A DNA stretch of 64,000 bases from Eledone cirrhosa (taxonomy: Eukaryota). Below the pieces are notes generated by a model. The model saw nothing but the letters and a program-made list of their open reading frames with translations, was not told where the DNA came from and ran no database searches. How positions within the stretch are numbered: the first letter of the stretch is position 1; every line of letters starts with the position of its first letter. The stretch is from NCBI GenBank assembly GCA_964016885.1, contig OZ024743.1, forward strand, positions 311,426,001 through 311,490,000. Reading direction: 5' to 3'. The translations under genes and the position numbers were made by a program. This document shows positions 1 through 9,306 of this stretch, in pieces.

Positions 1-3000
1 TAGAAGCACGCTGGGATTGTGTGGGAGTATCTGATAGGAGCGGGGGGTGCAAAAGCCTCAAGTACCTGATCAGCCAGTTTCAACTGTCTGACAGGTACCG
101 ACTAGATTTCCCTAATGCGCCAGTATGGACCTGGACCAATCGCATAGGGTCATCTAGATCGTACATAGATAGGATTTTCATTAGGAAAAGAGATAGAAAT
201 AGTGTAGGATGTCCACATTTTAAAACGGTTGCCTATTCAGATCACAAGCTTGTGATCTGTATGGTCGACCTAGATAAGACACGTAGGTTAGGACCTAGCT
301 ACTGGAAGCTAAACATGTCGTTTCCGGCACGTAAAGCTTACAGGGACCGGGTCAACAACTTAGTTAAGCAAAAGTTGACAGGGGGGGTTGTCAACAACAG
401 GTGGTGGGGGGCACTCAAAAGAGAGATTAGAGCAACCTCGATAGGATTTAGCAAAGAAGTAGCAATAGAGAAAAATAGAAAAGAGGAGGGGCTGATAGCT
501 AAGTTAGACGAGGCTATTTGTAGTGGCATTGCAACAGACGTGCTAGCGGCGAGAATGGCACTAGACCATTTCTTCAATGCGAAACACGAAGGTTGCATTG
601 TCAGAGCTAAGGCGCGTGCTCTGAGGAACGAGGGAACCAAAGCTGCCCGATGGGCTCGCTTTGCAGAGACGCAGCGTGGAAATAAAACCACAATTCGGTC
701 TTTGACGGATCGAGATGGACACGAACTGAGCGATTCCAAGCGGATGTGTGAGGCCTTTCGCCAGCACTTTGCTCGATTGTTCGGGAGGATGGGTGAGTCG
801 GAGACGGCGGCGGACTTCAGTCCCTACCTCGACGGCTTGCCACGCCTCTCGACGGCCGACGCTGAGCGCTGCGAAGAGCCGATAACATCAGCCGAAATTC
901 AGGACGCCCTTGTCGGCTGCTCGAGTCGCAAGTCACCCGGTTTGGATGGTCTGCCCTACGAGCTTTACGTAAATATGCCAGACTTGTTCTCCGATCTCCT
1001 CGAAGCGCTCTACTGCAACTGGCAGCAGAACGGGAGCATTCCCAGTTCTGTGAGCCGTGGCGTAGTGACGCTGATAAGGAAAGACGAGAACAAGAGGGAC
1101 ACACTAGATAATTTCAGGCCCATAACCCTGCTCAACACAGAGTTTAAGATTTTGGCCAAGGTGTTAGCGAAAAGGTTGGCGCTTGTCGTCAAAGATTTGG
1201 TTGGGGAGGCGCAAACTTGCGCAATCCCGACCAGGTCCATACACGACAACCTCCACCTCATGCGATACATCATAGAGAGGGTTGGGTGCAAACCTGGCTT
1301 CGGTGGGGCTCTGATCAATTTAGATCAATCGAAAGCATTCGATAGGGTCGACCATCGGTACTTGGAGGCTGTCCTCGAGGCGGCTGGCTTCGGCCCCGTC
1401 TTCAGAAGCTGGATCGCTGCAATGTACAGCGGCATCCGCTCGGTGGTCAAAGTTAATGGCCACCTCTCGGAACCGTTTCAGATCTCTCGATCGGTCCGTC
1501 AAGGGTGCCCTCTCTCCTCACTTCTGTACGTATTGACTCTTGAGCCTCTACTGCGGAAGCTGGAGTTGTTGCAGGGCATCCCGCTCGAACCGGGACGTAG
1601 AAAGGCTGCGTCCGCTTATGCGGACGACATCACCGTGATGGTGTCGGACACCTCGGAAATCGAGGTGATCCGCACCCATTTGGAGGAATATGAAAGGTTG
1701 ACGGGAGCAAAACTTAACCCGGAAAAGTCGGTGGGCTTGCAGCTCGGCACCTGGAGAGGCAAGTCCATGCCGTCCAACAGCGTCGTTGGGCGCTGGACAG
1801 ACGGACCGGTAAAGTTGCTCGGGGTTTGGTTCGGACCAGACCTCCAGGTGGATAAGAATTGGGACGAGGTGACGAGCAGGATAGCCAACCTCACCCAGAA
1901 ATGGGCTGAGAGAAAGCTATCACTGAAAGGGCGGGCGGAGGTGGCGAACGCGTACATCGCGTCCGTCATCTACTACCGCCTGACCGTCGTGCCTTGCCCC
2001 CGTCCACGCCTCGCCAATTTGGAACGGCTCCTTTTCAAATTTTTGTGGAGGGGACGGGTCCCGTTGGTGAGGCGGTCCATCTGCTGCCAGCACCCTCTTC
2101 GTGGAGGGCTGGGCATGCCGTGGCTAATGATGCGCAGACATGCGCTGAGGCTGCGACATCTCCAGATATTTTGCCTAAACGGTGAACAGGTGTGGTCGCC
2201 GTTTGTTAGACGGGCCTTTCCGCAGCTCATCTCTTTGACTGAGCTGCAGTCCTGGGTCAAGAAGAGACCGAGACTGGGCGACTGGCATCTGGAATGTTGC
2301 CAGGCGCTCACTGCACTCTGCAAGGTGGGCAATGCGGTCAGTGGAACTTCCACTCAAGATTTCTATAGAGGATTAGTGGAGGGCAAGTGCGATGACGTAC
2401 TAGGAGAGGCTCTGGGCGTCAACGAAGTAGAACTGACCAGTATGTTCCGGAGGACTTTCGAGCCGGGGACGATGGATAACTTCCAGAAATCCCTCGCTTG
2501 GCAGTGCTACCGGGGGGCGCTGCCGGTTCGGGATAAACTCTACAGGCACGGAAGTGCTGTCAGACGAACCTGCCCGAGATGCGCGCAGAGCGACGAAACC
2601 GTTCTGCACGCACTCGTCCAGTGTCCGTGCATTGCTGACTTGTGGGGTTATGTCGAACAGCTATTGTCGCGTGTAGAACGGATCCGGCTATCGTCCGAGT
2701 CCATAGTGAAGATTGACCCGCCGCCTTCTTTTGGTCAGGAAGGGCAGGCAATTTTCCTCTGCCTGGTGGCAGTAGCGAAAGAGGTTGCATGGTGGACCAG
2801 GTTGAAAGGACTGAAGACAGACACTTTTCTCTTCGGCCAATCCCTCATCAACTTCTTCAAGTTTCACTTGGAAAGGAAGGTGAGGGTGGAGAGAGAAGTG
2901 CTGCCCCCCAGTACATTTACTGAAAGGTGGGTGAATGTGGCGAGAATGGCCCGCGTGAGTGGGCCTACTCTGATCATGCGCCTGTAGGCTGGTGAATTCG

Positions 3001-3257
3001 AGAAGGAGAGGGGTGCCCTTCCCGGGTGCCCTAGGAGCGTCGGGTGGCTCAGGACTGGTGGGGTGCTTGAGTCAACCCTGGGTGGTGATCCCTCTTATTG
3101 GGGAACTTTCATTGTTGTATTTTTATTGTTATTTTGTTTTTTGTTATTTATACTTACTCGATCTCTATGTAAACCCCCACTGTCCCTGTCTATTGTGTTG
3201 TCCCCTATATGTCGGCCCTTGTGGCCAATAAATGAAATCATTATTATTATTATTATT
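1..3257 (+). mobile_element. Tx1/L1-clade non-LTR retrotransposon, array copy 1 (5' part outside window)
   Basis: Near-identical to the 3' part of copies 2-4; ends AATAAATGAAATC(ATT)6. Confidence 0.95.
3..2987 (+). CDS. ORF2 polyprotein (partial): endonuclease C-terminal half, reverse transcriptase, CCHC finger
   Basis: Motifs IDRIF, SDH, WKLN, PGLDG, FRPITLLN, DQSKAFDRVDH, VRQGCPLS, YADD, CPRC-x8-H-x4-C; frame open from the window edge. Confidence 0.95.
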   Translation, partial: EARWDCVGVSDRSGGCKSLKYLISQFQLSDRYRLDFPNAPVWTWTNRIGSSRSYIDRIFIRKRDRNSVGCPHFKTVAYSDHKLVICMVDLDKTRRLGPSYWKLNMSFPARKAYRDRVNNLVKQKLTGGVVNNRWWGALKREIRATSIGFSKEVAIEKNRKEEGLIAKLDEAICSGIATDVLAARMALDHFFNAKHEGCIVRAKARALRNEGTKAARWARFAETQRGNKTTIRSLTDRDGHELSDSKRMCEAFRQHFARLFGRMGESETAADFSPYLDGLPRLSTADAERCEEPITSAEIQDALVGCSSRKSPGLDGLPYELYVNMPDLFSDLLEALYCNWQQNGSIPSSVSRGVVTLIRKDENKRDTLDNFRPITLLNTEFKILAKVLAKRLALVVKDLVGEAQTCAIPTRSIHDNLHLMRYIIERVGCKPGFGGALINLDQSKAFDRVDHRYLEAVLEAAGFGPVFRSWIAAMYSGIRSVVKVNGHLSEPFQISRSVRQGCPLSSLLYVLTLEPLLRKLELLQGIPLEPGRRKAASAYADDITVMVSDTSEIEVIRTHLEEYERLTGAKLNPEKSVGLQLGTWRGKSMPSNSVVGRWTDGPVKLLGVWFGPDLQVDKNWDEVTSRIANLTQKWAERKLSLKGRAEVANAYIASVIYYRLTVVPCPRPRLANLERLLFKFLWRGRVPLVRRSICCQHPLRGGLGMPWLMMRRHALRLRHLQIFCLNGEQVWSPFVRRAFPQLISLTELQSWVKKRPRLGDWHLECCQALTALCKVGNAVSGTSTQDFYRGLVEGKCDDVLGEALGVNEVELTSMFRRTFEPGTMDNFQKSLAWQCYRGALPVRDKLYRHGSAVRRTCPRCAQSDETVLHALVQCPCIADLWGYVEQLLSRVERIRLSSESIVKIDPPPSFGQEGQAIFLCLVAVAKEVAWWTRLKGLKTDTFLFGQSLINFFKFHLERKVRVEREVLPPSTFTERWVNVARMARVSGPTLIMRL

Positions 3258-3466
3258 GACGAAAGTGGATGTACGTTTTTTGAAGCTCCGTGAGTAAGCA
3301 ATTTTTGAGGATTAATTGTAGAGAATTGTTTATTTTTTGTACCGCTGAAGCATTATAAGACATTAATTTGTATCCTGTGAAGGAATAACTCATAATATTT
3401 GGGCCTTTTGGCCCAAATATTTGAACTTTATTTTGAAAAAAATAATAATTTTTTTCTCAAAAAAAC

Positions 3467-5377
3467 ATGGCGGAGCCACGCCCCCTAGAGGCGGGTCTGC
3501 TGTCGTGCAACGGCGACTTGAGCGTTGAGAGGAGAGGTGAGGCGAGGAGCGCCACCAGCACGAATGTGAGCAGCGACAGTGCCAGCACCAACGGGCCGAG
3601 CGGCGCGGAAGGTGGTAACAGCGACAACACCAACACCAACAAGCCGAACAGCGCAGAAGGTGGTAATAGCGAGAGCACCAACAAAACGAACAGCACAGAG
3701 AGTAATAGTAGCGACAGCAGCAGCACCAACAAGGCCAACAGCACAGAAGGTAACCACGACACAGGGGAGAACAACAACAGCAATAGCAGCAGCAACACCA
3801 ACAAGAACAACAACAGTGACAACACCAACAAGAACACTTTCGCTGCTGTGGCAGCGGCTAAAAGGAGACCATGCTACAGCATCGACTTAACCAACAGAGA
3901 GGAAAAGTTGGCCCAGGCCTGGAAAATCATAAATCAAGAGCAGACCTGGGCAAACTTAACTGTCCCGGCAGAAGCCATTGAGGCAGTGGAAAAAAGAACG
4001 GTGCATTTCAGATGCATCTCAGTAGAGACAAAGAGGGCAGCGATAATCGCCCAAGCTGACATAGAAGCCGCACTGAAATACATCAGAGAGGACACAGACT
4101 TCATAGAGAGGGGCAGGCAATACGGCACCGTTTCGGTGCTGTTCAAGTCTGAAGCCCTCGCTGTGAAGCATTCAGTGACCCCTTGCAAAACCAGCAAGGT
4201 CATAATGTACCCCTCCCACATGGGAAAACGAATAGCACGTGTGCGCATTCCCAGGATTCCACCAGGACTTGATATGTGGTGGCTCCTGGGTTGCGTAATC
4301 GTGGAAGGAACGGATACAGTCCCGGTAGAGGCAACGAGAACTGCCAGGGACGACTGGTCCGGGGTTGATCTGGAGATACTGCTCCAAATCAGACCCGAAA
4401 ACGTGAAAGCAATCCCGGACCACATCCGCCTCCAAAACGGGAGGGTGTTGCATATAATGACTGAGGGCAAAAGGCCGCATTGTTTCCTTTGTGGGGAAAC
4501 GACACACTTGCGAGCCTTCTGCCCTCAACTGCCGAAAAGCGCAAGGGGTCGAAAGATTCCACTGCTGGCGACGCCGGGACAAGGACCACCAGCAACACCG
4601 TCAACAATGGAACCACCAAAATTGCACACCCAGGGGGGAAACGAGGAAAGCTCTCCCATTCCCCCTCCCCCCCAAAATACACACACGAACAAGAACATAA
4701 ACACTCACTCAGACACAAACACGCTCACAGCCACAGACCCCTCATCCTCCAGCAGTGAAGATGAGGGAAAACCAAAGTCCCCCAAAATACAAAAAACAAA
4801 ACACAAAAAAAAAAGAAATCCACAAAGCACAAACACCCCCACAAAACAAAATACACACACCACCCACACAAACATTTTCCCCACAGCATCACCAACACAA
4901 CCACCAAAATCCCCCAAACGCAAACAAGCTAAACAGACACAAGAACAAATAGACACACAAACATCAGAAACTACAGACACCCCACCCACAACAAACGCAG
5001 ACACAATAGAAACAACACTAACAAAGCTATCACCACCACAATCACACGAACAAATAAAACCCGAGCAACAAAACATTAAAAACTTCGTGCTTGCCAGAAG
5101 GGCCAACAAGGAATTGATGGCCCATGTAGCACGAAGCACAAACATCGAAAAAGACGGGGAAACATTTGAAGCGAGCACATTTCGCGTACCAGATAATTTG
5201 CTTCTGATGCGAATGTCGCTCGCTTCATACAAAGAAATTCGAAAGAGCTTTCCTCGGGATGTGGGAACCCCGAACGTAAAACCCACGTCAAGACTATTAA
5301 AGGGGTTCCCAAAAGAAACCCCACAAACCATGGAGGTCGAACCACCCGACCTTCACAAGACCCCGGAAGGTAAGTAA
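3467..5377 (+). CDS. ORF1 (gag-like nucleic-acid-binding protein), 636 aa
   Basis: Position upstream of ORF2; TFAAVAAA motif after N/S/T-rich N-terminus; zinc knuckle CFLCGETTHLRAFC (C-x2-C-x4-H-x4-C); low-complexity C-terminal linker. Confidence 0.92.
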   Translation: MAEPRPLEAGLLSCNGDLSVERRGEARSATSTNVSSDSASTNGPSGAEGGNSDNTNTNKPNSAEGGNSESTNKTNSTESNSSDSSSTNKANSTEGNHDTGENNNSNSSSNTNKNNNSDNTNKNTFAAVAAAKRRPCYSIDLTNREEKLAQAWKIINQEQTWANLTVPAEAIEAVEKRTVHFRCISVETKRAAIIAQADIEAALKYIREDTDFIERGRQYGTVSVLFKSEALAVKHSVTPCKTSKVIMYPSHMGKRIARVRIPRIPPGLDMWWLLGCVIVEGTDTVPVEATRTARDDWSGVDLEILLQIRPENVKAIPDHIRLQNGRVLHIMTEGKRPHCFLCGETTHLRAFCPQLPKSARGRKIPLLATPGQGPPATPSTMEPPKLHTQGGNEESSPIPPPPQNTHTNKNINTHSDTNTLTATDPSSSSSEDEGKPKSPKIQKTKHKKKRNPQSTNTPTKQNTHTTHTNIFPTASPTQPPKSPKRKQAKQTQEQIDTQTSETTDTPPTTNADTIETTLTKLSPPQSHEQIKPEQQNIKNFVLARRANKELMAHVARSTNIEKDGETFEASTFRVPDNLLLMRMSLASYKEIRKSFPRDVGTPNVKPTSRLLKGFPKETPQTMEVEPPDLHKTPEGK

Positions 5378-5406
5378 ACCTTTCCTCTCCCATTCATCCT
5401 GCCAGC

Positions 5407-8400
5407 ATGGCCATAAGAGTAGGAAGTTTAAATGTTCGTGGCCTGGGGTCGCCCTGGAAGCAAGGTCACTTGCTCAACGACCTCAGGTCACTAGGAATGG
5501 ATGTAATTGCCATCAGCGAGACCAGAATTTCCGACACACGCGCACTGGCGCCGATTTTCGACGATTATCAGATCTTTGCATCTGTTAGTCGGCCGGGAAT
5601 GGGAGGTGGAGTGGCTGTGCTGTTTAGGAAATGTCTGGATCTCGAGGTAAGGTCAATCTTCCGGGATCCTGACGGAAAGTTGGTGGTCCTGGACGTAAGC
5701 AATAGCGAAGGTGGTGCCTTTAGACTGGTGGCCGTCTACGCCCCTACTGGGGCCGGTCGGCCGGACTTCTTTAGGCGCCTGGAAAACTTTCTGCTTACGT
5801 CTCGCCCTTTACTGTTAATAGGGGATTGGAATGGCATCTTAGAAGCACGCTGGGATTGTGTGGGAGTATCTGATAGGAGCGGGGGGTGCAAAAGCCTCAA
5901 GTACCTGATCAGCCAGTTTCAACTGTCTGACAGGTACCGACTAGATTTCCCTAATGCGCCAGTATGGACCTGGACCAATCGCATAGGGTCATCTAGATCG
6001 TACATAGATAGGATTTTCATTAGGAAAAGAGATAGAAATAGTGTAGGATGTCCACATTTTAAAACGGTTGCCTATTCAGATCACAAGCTTGTGATCTGTA
6101 TGGTCGACCTAGATAAGACACGTAGGTTAGGACCTAGCTACTGGAAGCTAAACATGTCGTTTCCGGCACGTAAAGCTTACAGGGACCGGGTCAACAACTT
6201 AGTTAAGCAAAAGTTGACAGGGGGGGTTGTCAACAACAGGTGGTGGGGGGCACTCAAAAGAGAGATTAGAGCAACCTCGATAGGATTTAGCAAAGAAGTA
6301 GCAATAGAGAAAAATAGAAAAGAGGAGGGGCTGATAGCTAAGTTAGACGAGGCTATTTGTAGTGGCATTGCAACAGACGTGCTAGCGGCGAGAATGGCAC
6401 TAGACCATTTCTTCAATGCGAAACACGAAGGTTGCATTGTCAGAGCTAAGGCGCGTGCTCTGAGGAACGAGGGAACCAAAGCTGCCCGATGGGCTCGCTT
6501 TGCAGAGACGCAGCGTGGAAATAAAACCACAATTCGGTCTTTGACGGATCGAGATGGACACGAACTGAGCGATTCCAAGCGGATGTGTGAGGCCTTTCGC
6601 CAGCACTTTGCTCGATTGTTCGGGAGGATGGGTGAGTCGGAGACGGCGGCGGACTTCAGTCCCTACCTCGACGGCTTGCCACGCCTCTCGACGGCCGACG
6701 CTGAGCGCTGCGAAGAGCCGATAACATCAGCCGAAATTCAGGACGCCCTTGTCGGCTGCTCGAGTCGCAAGTCACCCGGTTTGGATGGTCTGCCCTACGA
6801 GCTTTACGTAAATATGCCAGACTTGTTCTCCGATCTCCTCGAAGCGCTCTACTGCAACTGGCAGCAGAACGGGAGCATTCCCAGTTCTGTGAGCCGTGGC
6901 GTAGTGACGCTGATAAGGAAAGACGAGAACAAGAGGGACACACTAGATAATTTCAGGCCCATAACCCTGCTCAACACAGAGTTTAAGATTTTGGCCAAGG
7001 TGTTAGCGAAAAGGTTGGCGCTTGTCGTCAAAGATTTGGTTGGGGAGGCGCAAACTTGCGCAATCCCGACCAGGTCCATACACGACAACCTCCACCTCAT
7101 GCGATACATCATAGAGAGGGTTGGGTGCAAACCTGGCTTCGGTGGGGCTCTGATCAATTTAGATCAATCGAAAGCATTCGATAGGGTCGACCATCGGTAC
7201 TTGGAGGCTGTCCTCGAGGCGGCTGGCTTCGGCCCCGTCTTCAGAAGCTGGATCGCTGCAATGTACAGCGGCATCCGCTCGGTGGTCAAAGTTAATGGCC
7301 ACTTCTCGGAACCGTTTCAGATCTCTCGATCGGTCCGTCAAGGGTGCCCTCTCTCCTCACTTCTGTACGTATTGACTCTTGAGCCTCTACTGCGGAAGCT
7401 GGAGTTGTTGCAGGGCATCCCGCTCGAACCGGGACGTAGAAAGGCTGCGTCCGCTTATGCGGACGACATCACCGTGATGGTGTCGGACACCTCGGAAATC
7501 GAGGTGATCCGCACCCATTTGGAGGAATATGAAAGGTTGACGGGAGCAAAACTTAACCCGGAAAAGTCGGTGGGCTTGCAGCTCGGCACCTGGAGAGGCA
7601 AGTCCATGCCGTCCAACAGCGTCGTTGGGCGCTGGACAGACGGACCGGTAAAGTTGCTCGGGGTTTGGTTCGGACCAGACCTCCAGGTGGATAAGAATTG
7701 GGACGAGGTGACGAGCAGGATAGCCAACCTCACCCAGAAATGGGCTGAGAGAAAGCTATCACTGAAAGGGCGGGCGGAGGTGGCGAACGCGTACATCGCG
7801 TCCGTCATCTACTACCGCCTGACCGTCGTGCCTTGCCCCCGTCCACGCCTCGCCAATTTGGAACGGCTCCTTTTCAAATCTTTGTGGAGGGGACGGGTCC
7901 CGTTGGTGAGGCGGTCCATCTGCTGCCAGCACCCTCTTCGTGGAGGGCTGGGCATGCCGTGGCTAATGATGCGCAGACATGCGCTGAGGCTGCGACATCT
8001 CCAGATATTTTGCCTAAACGGTGAACAGGTGTGGTCGCCGTTTGTTAGACGGGCCTTTCCGCAGCTCATCTCTTTGACTGAGCTGCAGTCCTGGGTCAAG
8101 AAGAGACCGAGACTGGGCGACTGGCATCTGGAATGTTGCCAGGCGCTCACTGCACTCTGCAAGGTGGGCAATGCGGTCAGTGGAACTTCCACTCAAGATT
8201 TCTATAGAGGATTAGTGGAGGGCAAGTGCGATGACGTACTAGGAGAGGCTCTGGGCGTCAACGAAGTAGAACTGACCAGTATGTTCCGGAGGACTTTCGA
8301 GCCGGGGACGATGGATAACTTCCAGAAATCCCTCGCTTGGCAGTGCTACCGGGGGGCGCTGCCGGTTCGGGATAAACTCTACAGGCACGGAAGTGCTGTC

Positions 8401-8826
8401 AGACGAACCTGCCCGAGATGCGCGCAGAGCGACGAAACCGTTCTGCACGCACTCGTCCAGTGTCCGTGCATTGCTGACTTGTGGGGTTATGTCGAACAGC
8501 TATTGTCGCGTGTAGAACGGATCCGGCTATCGTCCGAGTCCATAGTGAAGATTGACCCGCCGCCTTCTTTTGGTCAGGAAGGGCAGGCAATTTTCCTCTG
8601 CCTGGTGGCAGTAGCGAAAGAGGTTGCATGGTGGACCAGGTTGAAAGGACTGAAGACAGACACTTTTCTCTTCGGCCAATCCCTCATCAACTTCTTCAAG
8701 TTTCACTTGGAAAGGAAGGTGAGGGTGGAGAGAGAAGTGCTGCCCCCCAGTACATTTACTGAAAGGTGGGTGAATGTGGCGAGAATGGCCCGCGTGAGTG
8801 GGCCTACTCTGATCATGCGCCTGTAG
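5407..8826 (+). CDS. ORF2: APE endonuclease + reverse transcriptase + CCHC finger, 1139 aa
   Basis: SLNVRG, SET, YAP, IGDWN, IDRIF, SDH (APE); KAFDRVDH, RQGCPLS, YADD (RT); GGLG motif and C-terminal CCHC typical of the L1/Tx1 clade. Confidence 0.97.
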   Translation: MAIRVGSLNVRGLGSPWKQGHLLNDLRSLGMDVIAISETRISDTRALAPIFDDYQIFASVSRPGMGGGVAVLFRKCLDLEVRSIFRDPDGKLVVLDVSNSEGGAFRLVAVYAPTGAGRPDFFRRLENFLLTSRPLLLIGDWNGILEARWDCVGVSDRSGGCKSLKYLISQFQLSDRYRLDFPNAPVWTWTNRIGSSRSYIDRIFIRKRDRNSVGCPHFKTVAYSDHKLVICMVDLDKTRRLGPSYWKLNMSFPARKAYRDRVNNLVKQKLTGGVVNNRWWGALKREIRATSIGFSKEVAIEKNRKEEGLIAKLDEAICSGIATDVLAARMALDHFFNAKHEGCIVRAKARALRNEGTKAARWARFAETQRGNKTTIRSLTDRDGHELSDSKRMCEAFRQHFARLFGRMGESETAADFSPYLDGLPRLSTADAERCEEPITSAEIQDALVGCSSRKSPGLDGLPYELYVNMPDLFSDLLEALYCNWQQNGSIPSSVSRGVVTLIRKDENKRDTLDNFRPITLLNTEFKILAKVLAKRLALVVKDLVGEAQTCAIPTRSIHDNLHLMRYIIERVGCKPGFGGALINLDQSKAFDRVDHRYLEAVLEAAGFGPVFRSWIAAMYSGIRSVVKVNGHFSEPFQISRSVRQGCPLSSLLYVLTLEPLLRKLELLQGIPLEPGRRKAASAYADDITVMVSDTSEIEVIRTHLEEYERLTGAKLNPEKSVGLQLGTWRGKSMPSNSVVGRWTDGPVKLLGVWFGPDLQVDKNWDEVTSRIANLTQKWAERKLSLKGRAEVANAYIASVIYYRLTVVPCPRPRLANLERLLFKSLWRGRVPLVRRSICCQHPLRGGLGMPWLMMRRHALRLRHLQIFCLNGEQVWSPFVRRAFPQLISLTELQSWVKKRPRLGDWHLECCQALTALCKVGNAVSGTSTQDFYRGLVEGKCDDVLGEALGVNEVELTSMFRRTFEPGTMDNFQKSLAWQCYRGALPVRDKLYRHGSAVRRTCPRCAQSDETVLHALVQCPCIADLWGYVEQLLSRVERIRLSSESIVKIDPPPSFGQEGQAIFLCLVAVAKEVAWWTRLKGLKTDTFLFGQSLINFFKFHLERKVRVEREVLPPSTFTERWVNVARMARVSGPTLIMRL

Positions 8827-9306
8827 GCTGGTGAATTCGAGAAGGAGAGGGGTGCCCTTCCCGGGTGCCCTAGGAGCGTCGGGTGGCTCAGGACTGGTGG
8901 GGTGCTTGAGTCAACCCTGGGTGGTGATCCCTCTTATTGGGGAACTTTCATTGTTGTATTTTTATTGTTATTTTGTCTTTTTGTTATTTATACTTACTCG
9001 ATCTCTATGTAAACCCCCACTGTCCCTGTCTATTGTGTTGTCCCCTATATGTCGGCCCTTGTGGCCAATAAATGAAATCATTATTATTATTATTATTGAC
9101 GAAAGTGGATGTACGTTTTTTGAAGCTCCGTGAGTAAGCAATTTTTGAGGATTAATTGTAGAGAATTGTTTATTTTTTGTACCGCTGAAGCATTATAAGA
9201 CATTAATTTGTATCCTGTGAAGGAATAACTCATAATATTTGGGCCTTTTGGCCCAAATATTTGAACTTTATTTTGAAAAAAATAATAATTTTTTTCTCAA
9301 AAAAAC

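Larger units (their letters stand above)
3258..9097 (+). mobile_element. Tx1/L1-clade non-LTR retrotransposon, full-length copy 2 (5840 bp)
   Basis: Starts GACGAAAGTGG right after (ATT)6; 5'UTR, ORF1, ORF2, 3'UTR, (ATT)6 tail. Confidence 0.97.

Noticed and set aside
5370-5405. ORF1-ORF2 in-frame fusion via a 36-nt intron
   Set aside because: Removing 36 nt keeps ORF2 out of frame (reads GCA TGG CCA TAA)
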